Positions 14,970 through 27,273 of a stretch of DNA of 64,000 bases are shown here, one piece after another. The notes under the pieces were generated by a model that saw only the letters and a list, made by a program, of their open reading frames with translations, was not told the DNA's origin and searched no databases. A program made the translations under genes and the position numbers. The stretch spans positions 24,182,433 through 24,246,432 of the forward strand of contig MU054187.1 of NCBI GenBank assembly GCA_013239625.1. The letters are read 5' to 3'. How positions within the stretch are numbered: position 1 is the first letter of the stretch; every line of letters starts with the position of its first letter. Source of the stretch: Lama guanicoe. Its lineage: Eukaryota.

Positions 14970-17105
14970 TTTCAGTAATTCTACAAAGAAATGTACAATC
15001 TCCCAAGGCTAAATCAGGAATTAATTGGGGGACTAAGAGATAAAAATATTCACATAAAAATTACCAGTAAAGATACTGAATCAGCAATTAAAAACTTCCA
15101 AAGAACAAAAGTCCAGGACCAGATGGATTCACATGTAAATTCTACCAAACATTTAGAAAAGAGTTAACACCAAAAAAATTGTGAAGGAAGTGACACCTTA
15201 GAACTCATTCCAAAGCCAGAATTACCCTGACACCAAGACCAGAGGAAGATATCACAGAAAAAGGAAATTGCTGACCAATGTCACCAATGAACATTGATGC
15301 AAAATCATCAGCAAAATATTATCAAACTAGAATCAACAATACATTAAAAGGATCAAACACCATGATCAAGTGAGATTTATCCCAGGAATGCAAGGGAGGT
15401 TCAGTACCCACAAATCAACCAGTGTGATATGCCACATTAATAAATTGAAGAATAAAAACCATATAATCATCTCAACAGATGCAAAAGACCTTCTGACAAA
15501 ATCCAACATCTATTTATGAAAGAAAGTCTCAACAAAGTATATATAAGGAATATACCTCACCATGATAAAGGCCATCATGTTCTCTAAGATCAGGAGCAAG
15601 ACAAGGATTTCCTCTCCAATTACGTTTATTCAATATAGTATTGGAAGACCTAACCACAGCAATAAAACAAGAAAAAGAAATAAAAAATATTCAAATAGGA
15701 AAGGGAGAAGTAAAAAAGCCAGTTTTCAGATGGCATGATACTATATGTAGAAAATCCTAACAATGACACCAAAAAAAAAAAAAAGTTACCAGAACTCACC
15801 AATGAATTTGGTAGAGTTACAGGATATAAAATAAATACACAAAAATATGTTGTGTTTTTGTACACTAGCAGCAAATTATCAGAAAGATAAATTAAGAAAT
15901 AATCCCATTTATAATCACATCAAAAAGAATAAAATACCTGGAATGAATCTAACTAAGAAGGTAAAAGACCTGTACTTAGAAAACTAAATTGGTGCAGCCA
16001 CTATGGAAAATAGTATGAAGATTCCTCAAAAAATTAAAAATTTAACTATCATATGATCCAGCAATTCCACTCCTGGGTATTTATTTGAAGAAAACATAAA
16101 CACTAATTCAAAAGATATATGCTTTTCTATGTTCACTGTAGCACTATTTACAATAACCAAGATATGGAAGCAACGTAAGTGCCCATCAATAGATGAATGA
16201 ATAGGGAAGATGTGCTATACACACACACATGCACACACACGCAATAGAATATTATCTACCTTTAAAGAAGAATGAAATCTTTCTTACCATTTGTGACAAC
16301 ATAGATGGACCTAAATAGTATTATGCTAAGTGAAATAAGTCAGACAGAGAAAGTCAAATACTGTATGATTTCATTTACATGTGAATTCTGAAAAACAAAA
16401 CAATTGGACAAACTTAACAAAACAGAAACATTTCTAGATACAAAGAACAAACAGGTGGTTGTCAAAAGGGAGGAAGGTGGCAGGGAGAAGCTGAGGAATA
16501 TTAAGGGGTACAAACTTCCAGTTGAGAAATAAATGAATCAGATGTATGAAATATACAGTTCCTTGAATATAGTCAATAACTGTAATATCTTTGTGTGGTG
16601 ACATGTCATAACTAGACTTATCGTGGTGGTCATTTTGGAATGTATAGAAATACCGGATCATTACATTGTGTAACAGGAACCAACAGTGCTATAGGTCAAT
16701 TATGCTTCAAAAACAAACAAACATCACATAGAAAAAGAGATCAAAATTGAAGTTACCAGAGGAGGGAGTTGGGGGATCAGAGAATTGGATAAAGGCCATC
16801 AAAGATACAAACTTCCAGTTACAAGATGAATAACTACTAGGGATGTAATGTACAACATGAAAAATATAATTAACATTGCTGTATAGTATGTATGAAAGTT
16901 GTGAAGTGAGTAAATCCTACGTGTTCTTATTACAAGAAAAAAAGTTTTTCTGTATTTCTTTAATTTTATATCTATATGAGATGTTCACAAATTTATTGTG
17001 GTAAACATTTAATGATGTATGTAAGTGAAATCACAGTGCCATATACTTTAAATTTACACAGTGCTGTATGTCAATTATATCTCCATAAAACTGGAAGAGA
17101 AAAAA
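14970..17105 (+). mobile_element. LINE-1 (L1MA-like) ORF2 and 3'UTR with internal deletions (~15577, ~15986)
   Basis: aaaagtccaggaccagatggattcac...caagggaggttc...gcagccactatggaaaatagtatg...; 3'UTR ends aaaactggaagagaaaaaaa. Confidence 0.88.
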
Positions 17106-18699
17106 AGGAAAATACAAACAGATTTGTCTTTAAAAGGGTAATTTACAATTATCCAGAGATCCGCTTTAATAGAACAGTGAGTACAAAATTCAGAATTCAC
17201 GTGGTTAATGAGAGAATACTCTAGTTACATAAACATAAGTTTTCAGCATGCTTTCAAGGAACCATTCATTCATGGTGTTGAAACATACCAACCTTCCTGT
17301 GTTCCAACAAAAATGTGTATACCATTTATGGACACCTATGTAACAACACCAAAAGTATTAAAGTTTGTAATTGATAACTTTGTCTACATCTAAGAAATTT
17401 TAAGAAAGGGACAATGTCTTTATACCTCCAGTACCTAGCATAGTACTGGTCACATGGGAGATTCTCAAGAAATGCTAAAATTATAGAGTAGAGACACAGA
17501 TAATGCATTAAGACAAAAGCAAGGTTGTCACCATAGAGAAATGTATAATTTGGATATATGTAATATACATTCAAAATATATGGAATTTTCACTGTTCAGA
17601 AATTACTTATTAACTTTACTTACCTACCTGCTTAAACCAGACTTTCAGTGTCATTGTATTGAGAGCTTTAGCAACAGGAATTCATAAATGACTCTTTGGA
17701 AAAATCTATATGGTAGAGTATCAAGTAAGCATGTTTTCTTTTTTCATGGTGACACAGTGGCATGTATAATTCCATGGGCTTGAATATGATTATACAGTAG
17801 TGTATTCTTAACTAGGACTGTGTGTTGTTGAAATGCTATGACAGAATTGCAGAACAAATCTATTAACCCAGACCGAAGTCCCAACTGCCACAGTCTGCCA
17901 GAGCAGAGTTTAATTGACTTGAAAGTCTTTTGCTGTTTTCAGATCAAGGGTGATTTGGCTAATTAATCTTGTGAGTTCCTTCTTGTTGTCTAGCTGGAAA
18001 TAAAAATGACTCACTCCCAGTTAGTTTGAAAGGAGTTAACAGAAACTAATGTCTAGAAATGGCTATTATAAACTTTACCAAAATGGATTTAAAGAGTTTT
18101 TGTGTAGAGAGGGGATGTTAGGTTTGTTTGTAAATAATGTGATATGTAAATACAGCAAGAATATTTATTGAACACACAGTGTATTAAGGGTTTTAGTAGA
18201 AACCGGAAGGTATAAAAATACATGGCATGGATCAAGTCCTCAATAAGTTTATAATCAACCAGAGCAGGACTAAACTAATAATTTAAAATTTTAGAGCAAT
18301 TTAAAGCATACTCTCATACATTTACACCCCTATCACTACTACATAGGACTTGGCCAGTAATCTGCATTTTAAGACTTTTTTCTGCCAGTTCAGTCCAGTT
18401 TTCTGCATTGCTTACAAGAGATCTCATATGCTACTGTTCTAGTGTAAAAACCAACAATCTCCTGCCACTACAGGAGCATGAAACTCACTGTCTCAGGATG
18501 GCATACAAAGCCCCTTGTGACATGTTTGCTGGCCACTTTGCCATTGTCATTTCCCAACTGTGTGTGCATGTGTGTGTGTGTGTGTGAGAAACATATTTTT
18601 AAGTATAATATAATTATACATCTCTATAGATAGATATAATATATGTATATTTAACATCTATATAACATATAAATATAATGTATTTATATTTATATTTAT

Positions 18700-21000
18700 C
18701 CCAGGAGGTTAAGGTTGGTTTATCATTTTAAAACCAGTCAAATATTGTGTTAATAAATTTAAAATGATAAACCATATGATTACCTGAACTGAAAGAAGTC
18801 TAACATCCACTTATAACAAAAGAGTCTTAGCAAACTAGGAATAAAAGTAAAATCCTTCAATCTGATATACAGCGTTAGTGAAAAATGCTACACTTAATAA
18901 GCTTACTCCTCTAAGGTCAGAACCAATGCTAGGAAACTGCTCTCACAATTTGTATGCACTATCATTTTGGAGTTTCTAACCACTGAATAAGGGGAGAAAA
19001 AGAAATAAAAATATTCAGATTGGAAAATAAGAAGTAAAATCATATATTTGCAGACAACATGATAATCCAGGTAGAAAATTCAAAGGAATCTTTATACACA
19101 CACACGCACACACACACACACACACACACAGATAAAAAGCAAATCTAAGAAGTCTACAGAAAACAAGGTCAGCATACAAAAACCAGTTGTATCTCTATAC
19201 ATTAGCAAGAAGCAGTTGGAGTTTGAAATTTAAAGACAATACCATTTATAGTAACATCAAAAAGTGTAATTCTAGCAGAGAAATCAAGAAAAATGTGTAA
19301 GATATTTATGTAGACACTTGAAAATGTTGCTGAGAAAAATTAAAAGATGATCTAAATAAAGGTAAAGATATACTTTGTTCATGATTAGGAGACTCAATAT
19401 TGTTTAGATGTCAATTCTCCCAGTTTGGTCTGTAGCTCCCACATAATCCTAGTCAAATCGCGACACAATTTGTTTTCGGTGTGGACAACCTGATTCTGCA
19501 ATGTTTATGGAAAAGCAAAGGACCTGGAATAGCCAAAAACGTTTTGGGAAAAAAGAAGCATAAGGCTGTAAGATTAACACTACCCAATCCCAGAATTTAT
19601 TATAAAACTGCATTAATGAAGACAGTGTGGTGTTCACTTTAGAATAGATTAATGTATCAATAGAACAAAAAGTAAGTCCAGAAACAGTACCACTGATCTA
19701 TGGACAATCAATCTTTGACAAAGATGCAGTAGCATATTAGTGGGAAAAAAAGTCTTTTCTATGATGTTATCAGAACAATTAGATAATTGTATGCAAGAAA
19801 AATGTTCATTCATGCCTTGAACCACTGACAAAATTCATCATAGACTTCAATGTAAAACTGAAAAATACAAAACTCTTGGGTAATTAGTTAAAAGTAACAT
19901 TTGTGACCATTAGCTTATGATAGCAAAACATAATTCATAAAAGTTAGGAGTGGATAACTTGGATTTCACAAAAGTTAAAACATTTGTCCTCAAAAGACAA
20001 CATTAAGAGAATGCAAAGACAAACCACAGATGGGGGAAAATACTTAAACATATCTGATAAGAACTTGTACACAGAATATATAAAGAATTCTCCAAACTCA
20101 ACATTAAGAAAACAAATAATCTGATTCTAAAAAAATGAGTAAAAAGTATGGACACGCACTTCACCAGAAAAAATACAGGGATGACAAATAAATATATTAA
20201 AACACACTCAAAACATTGGTCAACAGAACAACATAATTGAAAACTCAAAAAGATACTGCCATCGACCTTGTAGAATGAGTAAAATTAAAGACTCTGATCA
20301 TATCAAGAGTTGGTGAGGATATGGAAAATAAACTCTTATACACTGCTGGTAGAATAGGTGACTGGTACTGTGACTCTAGAAAACAATTTGACAGATTCTT
20401 TTAAAGGTTCAACATGTGTCTACTGTATTATCTAGCCACTCCAACCCTAAGCATTTACTGGCGAGAAATTAAAGCATGTGTTCATACTAAGACTCATATA
20501 CGAATATCTGTAGCAGCTTTTGTAATACCTAAAAATGGAAATTACCAAAACGTGCCGCAGCGGGTGAATGTGATAAACCAACTGTGACATGTCCATACAA
20601 TGGAATACTCCTCCAATAAAAAGGAAAGAATTTTTGACACACACAAAGATGTGGATAAATCTCAGAATAATTACTCTTGAGTTAAAGAAGACAAAGGCGA
20701 TAAAGGGTACATACTAAATGATTTTTATTTATATAAAAATTCAGGGAAAGTAAAACAGTATCTATTGATAGAAAGCAGATCCATTTCTTCCTGGGGATGC
20801 AGGTATGAGCATCAGTCAGGGAGGGCTGCGAGGAGGGAATCGAAGCAGGCATAAGAACGTTTTTCAGAATAATGGATATGCTCGTCATCTTGATTTTGGT
20901 AATGGTTTAACATAGGTCAAAACTTCCCAGATGGTACAATGTAAATCTGTGCTGCTTGTTGTATATTGATTCTACTTTAATGAAGCTATTAAAAAAGAGA
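18700..21000 (+). mobile_element. Old L1M element, ORF2 3' half and 3'UTR
   Basis: Degenerate ORF2 motifs (tttgcagacaacatgata = LFADDM region; actcaatattgtttagatgtcaattctccc) and an L1M 3'UTR. Confidence 0.8.
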
Positions 21001-22150
21001 AAAGGGTCTTAGTGAGTAAAGTGGCAATGTATAAACCAGATGATTCGCATGGATAGAAGGCTTTAGAAGAATGGAGAGTGGACAATAAATGGAGTTTTGA
21101 TTGTACAAAAAAGATAACCAACTGCCCCTTCTCTCTCACTGGGCTAAAGGAATGGTAAGAAGAATGGATTCCACTGGTGAGAGCAATTGGGAACATAAGA
21201 TCTTTTGTGGGACAGGGAAGGGATAGGTCTTTTGTGAGGCAAAAGTACAATTATGGTTTCCATAAAGGAAGCTTTCTAACAAGGTAATGGTTTTATAAGG
21301 GACTGAACTACAGACAGGAAGAGAGAAGGAATTTTACAGCCATAAAGAACTGAATTTAAATCTTTTTGAACTGGTTGGTTTACCTAAACTCAAGCCTCAA
21401 CTTCATTATCAAAACAATTACAAGAGTAATAATTATCTTATGAACCTATTGTAAAATTTTTTTTAAATTGTCATTGTTTTTCTTATCCAGAGCAGAGAAG
21501 AAAACTCTGATGAGCAATAGCTGGAGAACATAGTCAAAGTGTTGGCGTAGACCCCAACCAACTACAGAGTCATCCTGTGTAGAATTTAAAGGTATATTAA
21601 GAGCTCATCTCCTGCCATGAACGAGGTTTAGAATTTGCTTTGCTCCTTTGAGTATAGTATCTTGTGTCCTTGAGAGGTATACCCTCATTATCCTGTACTC
21701 ACTAAGTTGTAGATCCCATTCCGGCTCCACCGTAGATCACATGACCATCTCTGTTCTATCATTAATTGTTACTATAATTTCTGCAATTTACCACTCAGAC
21801 AACCTGCCAGCAGCCATTGCAAACTCCTTGTCTTTGGATGTCTTTGCCCTTGACTGGTGCCATGGCTCAAACCAAAAGAATTTCTTTTCCTTTCTCAAAT
21901 GCTACAAGCAAGCTAAGTATGATCACTGTTTATACCTACTCACAATCATATTTCTCCCACCAGAATGAACTCATATTAGACATGAATTTTCAAGAAAATT
22001 ACGAAGTAGGTATCGAGTCCACAATTGGGTTAATAATTCTTGTGCCAACTCATGCTTTCTTTGTAATATCTTACTATCCACTGACAAGTTCCAAAGTTAT
22101 AACATTCATAGCAGCTGAGCTGAACTTGTGAGTCTAAGAGAGGTTTGGCA

Positions 22151-22816
22151 TGAGGAAACTTTTAGGTCCTTTCATTGCTGGCAATTAGGTTCTTGTTTTG
22201 TCATAAAAAGAATTCAAAGATGAGACACAGAGGTGAAGAAAATAAAGTGAAGATTTATTAAGCAGTAGATAGTACACTCTCAAGGGGAGAGCAGGCAGGC
22301 TCAGGTGAGCAGGTGCCCTGAGTTTCTTTGGCAAGTTGGTTACACAGAGTATAAAAATAAATGGGGAGAATATTTACTGGGGAGGGAAGTGTTTGGGGTC
22401 ATATGCCCTGATTTTCATCCCAATTCCGCCTTCCCGAAGGGAGGAAGGATTTTTGCCCTTATTTAGCCTGGATCAGAAGTGTTCTGGAGTCAGTGCATGA
22501 TGGTTACTTCTAATCTGCAAGGCTAATTTTATTGTAATGAGGGCATAATGAGCAAAAGCTTACATTTGGACACTGCAGGCTTCTGCCTTCTCCCACTTTT
22601 CTTTGTGGCCTCCAGGGCACTTGTCACCCCAAAATGTGTGATTTCTTATCAGCCCAGAGGTTCCTGGTTTTCTTTGTCTGCCTGGGGACCCTTGTTGTTT
22701 ACATGATGTAGGGTTTCCTGCCTTTGGCCTGTGCCCCTCCTTTTTTACCCAATTCCTGCCATTTGGCCTTCATTCCCCTTTCTCTTTTCCTACCTAGCTA
22801 TCTGCCTGCTCTCACA
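22151..22816 (-). mobile_element. ERV solo LTR (ERV1-like, probably lineage-specific)
   Basis: Locally GC-richer ~670-bp block. tttatt at ~22255 is AATAAA on the minus strand, and the U5-like text (aaagaattcaaagatgagacacag) fits. Minus strand begins TGTGAGAGCAGG. TSD not identified. Confidence 0.6.
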
Positions 22817-24371
22817 CTCTCTACTGTTATGCTCTAGCCTTGGGTCAGTTTTCAGGGCCAGACACCTGGGACTTTCTCTTGTTCTTCACCTCTGGTTCCC
22901 AGGACTGAATCTGCTGCCACATAGTCTATTTCTTGGAGGCCTATCATTATGACTGATTTAAGAGTAGGGCATAATCTTCCCTGTTATGTCCTTCTCTTAC
23001 TCTCTCAGGGCTTTCCTTTTTCAGGACTTAATTCTAATCAATGAAATAAACAAGTTTGGGGAATTTAATATACATGGCAAAATAATAAAGGTACATAGTC
23101 CCAAGCACCTGATTTGCATTCCAAATGGCAACTGGAAATCTCATTAGATTTCTCCCAACTTTTCTGAAATAGGAATTCACCAAACCTCCTATTCATTATC
23201 CACTTATCCTTCTGGATAGGTTGATTTATTTTCCTTTAAGATCTGTCCTTCCACCTCAAAGATAACCATGGAGCAGAACAGAATGTTCCCTCTGGCCTCA
23301 GTAAGTAGATGTGTATCTCTGAGAACCGCCAGATAAGCTTCCTGACTAACAATTTCATTGGCTTTGTACCTTTTCTGGAAATGATCTCTTTGGGGCATCT
23401 TCTCACAAATTAGAAGGACACTACTTCTGTTTATAGTACTCATCACAGCCAGTATTTTACATTTTTTGTATGATTGTTTGGTTAGATTTAGAAATATATA
23501 CATTTTTGAGAATAGAATCTTTGTCAACTTTTTCTCATCTTCTGTCACAGCATTATATAAATATTTGTGAAAGAATAACAGACAAATAATATAAATTCAT
23601 TGCTATTCAATTATAGATGGACCCAGAAATGGTAGGATAAGATTTTTGTGCTGTAACATTGAGAACTAAATTTAGAAAACATTATTTGAGCTGGGAAATA
23701 GAATGACAAATGACTAGCAGAGGGTGCAGGGGAGTTGGCATCTCAGGAGGGAATAAAAGAGGGAGAGAGAAAGTGGTAGGACAGAGACCCAGACCCAGAC
23801 ACACACACACACACACATACACACACGAGCATATATACCCTCTTGCATATTGTCTGATTTGTTAGGTACTATGTTATTAAATAACTTAGATTTTACTTCT
23901 TTATGGTAAATCAAAATTCATTTAAATCTCACTTAGTGATTATTAAAGAATCTATTCTTACTAGAAACATAATAGGCAGAATAACTCAAAGTCTTCCTTT
24001 ATTCCCTTATTTTCTTCTATTTTAGTCCAAACATGTTAAAATTGGATAAATAAAGGAGAAGGTAGAAAGAAAAATATTTATATTTTGCTTGATTTTTATC
24101 TTGCAATGAAAGGTTAGAATAATCTTCAAGAGCCAGCCATCAAAAGACCTGGGTTTAAATTCAACCTTTGACATTAATTTGTTCAACTCCCTTAGGAAAA
24201 ACCCTCAGTCCCCATTTTACTCAGATTCTGCAGTCATAAAATGGTAGGAGGTGGGGGAAGGTAAGCCCTGCTTTGCTATAAAAAGTGCATTCTAATTTTT
24301 AGTGTAAATAGTAAGGTTGGCAAGAGAGAAACATCAGGGGTCCAAACATCTCAAGCTCCCTGGATTCTGTC

Positions 24372-24426
24372 CAGGATGTTTCTGTCTAATTCATTAGTAC
24401 AGGATGTTTCTGTCTAATTCATTAGT
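24372..24426 (+). repeat. 28-bp tandem duplication
   Basis: caggatgtttctgtctaattcattagt occurs at 24372 and again at 24400. Confidence 0.95.
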
Positions 24427-24591
24427 GATTCAAGCTCCTGATAATGCAGATTATTTCTTCTGTGGATCACTGCACTGGCTCACTTTCAATTTTTAATTTT
24501 TATTTTGCTCATGATTATCCCTTGAAACAACTCCTAATTTAATGGAAAGGCAATTGGCCTGGGAATCAAAAATAAGGTTTCTTATTCTTCT

Positions 24592-24593
<2 letters not shown>

Positions 24594-24628
<35 letters not shown>
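24594..24628. repeat. (CA)n microsatellite (others at ~18559-18585, 19096-19130, 23799-23825; (TA)n at ~39014-39060)
   Basis: Direct reading. Confidence 0.95.
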
Positions 24629-24631
<3 letters not shown>

Positions 24632-25479
24632 CAGTTCTCTGTCTTCAAGAAAATGACTTCATCATTTGAGACTCAGTTTCTTCTTTCATTCACCTATTCA
24701 TTTCTTCCATAAATATTTATTACCTACAATGCTTCTTCATCTTCAACGTAATATTTGACTATGCAGTCCTATATATTCTGGGGAGGCATGTTCCGGTTCT
24801 TGAATACAATGCTTTCCCATTTTGTCTCTGATTATATTTCCTTTCCCTAAGATACAAATTTAAGGTTTTCCCCTAAGAAGCCATCAGGATGATTATTGAT
24901 AATTTCTCCAAATGCATCTTATTTATTCCCTGATTTTCTGCGGATTGGCTTCAATTTTCTTCTCTTTAATTAATTAGCCTTGTCTGTATCCTCATTCAAA
25001 CCCCTGCCTAATCAAGCTCACCTGTTCATTCATTGCAAGATCAAAGGACGACAGCACATTCAAAAGCCATTTAAAAACAAACAAGCAAAAAAATAGCATA
25101 AAATAAGTGAATATTATCACCTCCAAACTATAGAAAGAAAGGCAAAAACCACTCAGACACTTCACAAATCAAATGTTCCTGGTCAGATTTCCCCAGCTGT
25201 GTTCTCATGCGATTAACCAGATTCCAAGACAGGTGCTGAGATGGTGGATAAAGTTCTACACCAAAGTTCCCACAGAAGTACACAGTTTTAGGAGTGCAGC
25301 CTATTTTGAGAAAATATTGATATGCTACCAAGCTCCTTTGATTTCAAAAATGTTAATTAGATTTTCTCAAACTTTTAATGCTCATCATAAAAGTCTGTAT
25401 TACATGCTTTCATTACAAAGCTGATTATATTTGGTTTCATTTGTAAATCAGTTTCTGCATCAGGCAGAAACCTTACCTC

Positions 25480-26300
25480 CTGCTTTACAAAGAAAATGGA
25501 CAGCGTCAGACAATAATTATCTCTCTTTCTTACTGTATCAGCTACAGACTAACCTGTTCCCATTCCTGTTCTCACTTCCCTCCTACCTCAGGATTAAGAC
25601 CTTTCCCCTACTCAAGGCCTCTCTCTCCACCAATGCTCTGTATCCAATGCCTTCCTGATTGTTCAACTATCTGGCTGTATCAATCCCGTCTTTCAGCTCA
25701 TGTCCTTAGTTTTTCCTTCTGTGTTTACTCCTTATACTAGTGCTAAAAATATTCTAGAGTCTCTGCCTTTTAAATAGTGGCTTCTATTGAACATACTTAT
25801 TCGCCTAGCTACAGCCTAATCTCTAGCTTTCCCATCATAGCCAAGGTTTTTGAAAGGTAAGTATATTATCACTCATTCACTCTGAAACTGATAGTTGTTT
25901 TTGGCCCCACCGTACTCCCAAATCTACTCTTACTTCAAGAATCTACATTAACATCTAAATCCAATACACAGTATCCGTCACTTGCCTTGTTCAAATTCTC
26001 AGAAGCAGTAGCTACTTCTGGTACTGCCTTCTTCATGGAACTTCCTCCCCTCCTGGCTATAAAAACAGTATCTTCTGTGTTTTTTTTTTCTCCCTTGGAC
26101 TTTTATATGGTCTTATTCTTCATAGATTCCACTCTCTCTGCTCATGCCTAGAGTATCAGTTCCAGAATTGTTCCTTTTGCCTTTTTTCTCACTTTTAATA
26201 TTTTGCTTATGTACTCCATGCAAGTCCATGATGATAACTCATATTTCTTTCCCCTCCTGAACCTCACACCTGTCTGTCTGTCTACTGGATATACTCAGTT
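25480..26300 (+). mobile_element. L2 remnant
   Basis: Pyrimidine-rich text with L2-like motifs (aaggcctctctctccaccaatgctctgtatccaatgccttcct; catgatgataactcatattt). Confidence 0.5.
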
Positions 26301-26857
26301 GACTTTCCCATCATCTCCTCAAAATAAACATTTTATCCCCTATTGCAAACAATGTCAGTGCCCTATCAGATCTCCTCTCAATCCTTCTTCCCGACTCTCT
26401 TTTAAGGGAGCATGTCCTAAGCTGTGGAGTAGAAAGAGGGTCGTAAATTTAATAAGACTAGCATTACTGATCAATTGCTGTTTCCAGGACTCTTCTGTGT
26501 ACTAATGATCTCACCTGATCCTCACAGACTTCTCAATGCTGTTGATATTGTTTTCATTTTGGGGTGATAAAATTGAGGTAAAAGTTTTTTCATCTATAAA
26601 AATTTCCCCAAATTACCCAAATAGTTACCTTAACCATTGTATTCTGTTGCCTCTCTTTCCTGCTCTTCAGTAACACAGAACTATTTTAAATATCCGGAAT
26701 ATACTAAGCTCTCTTTGACTGCAATATCATGCAGCAGCCCATCTTAGCCCCAAAATATACCAACAGAAGTTAAAGTATAGCCCATGTTTTTGCAAACTAC
26801 AGTAGTTTAATCAAATAGCAATATCATCTCCCTGGGTTTTCAATTTACAGAGAAAGA

Positions 26858-26925
26858 TTTGGTGGGTTCTGTGTTTCTAGAAACTTGTCCTTTGCTTCTA
26901 GGTTGTTCAATTTCTAGGCATATAA
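26858..26925 (-). mobile_element. Short LINE-1 ORF2 internal fragment
   Basis: Minus strand TATATGCCTAGAAATTGAACAACCTAGAAGCAAAGGACAAGTTTCTAGAAACACAG resembles the ORF2 segment at ~3580-3645 of this window. Confidence 0.7.
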
Positions 26926-27245
26926 GTTTGTCTTTTTTTTTTTTTAAGTTTCTACATATAAGTGATATCATATGGTATTTTTCTTTCTCTTTCTGGCTTA
27001 CTTCACTGAGAATGACATTCCCCAGATCCATCCATGTTGCTGCAAATGCATTATTTTATTATTTTTATGGCTGAATAGTATTCCAGTGTATAAATATACC
27101 ACTGCTTCTTTATCCAGTCATCTGTTGATGGACATTTAGGTTGTTTCCATGTCATGCTTGGCTATTGTAAATAGTGCTGCCATGAACATTGGGGTGCATG
27201 TATCTTTTTGAATTATGTTTCCCTCTGGATATATGCCCAGGATGG
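26925..27245 (-). mobile_element. LINE-1 fragment (ORF2 3' end and start of 3'UTR) fused downstream of the BAIAP2 retrocopy
   Basis: Minus strand reads CCTGGGCATATATCCAGAG...ACATGCACCCCAATGTTC...GCAGCAACATGGATGGATCTGGGGAATGTCATTCTCAGTGAAGTAAGCCAG. The ORF gives MDLGNVILSEVSQKEKEKYHMISLIC. Confidence 0.92.
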
Positions 27246-27273
27246 CAGATAAGGTCTGCTGTCACCAATGTGG

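Noticed and set aside
26933..26945. T13 tract as the poly(A) tail of the BAIAP2 retrocopy
   Set aside because: It corresponds to the A-rich stretch inside the L1 3'UTR just after the ORF2 end (compare ~38753-38780), and no TSD pairs with it at 29041.
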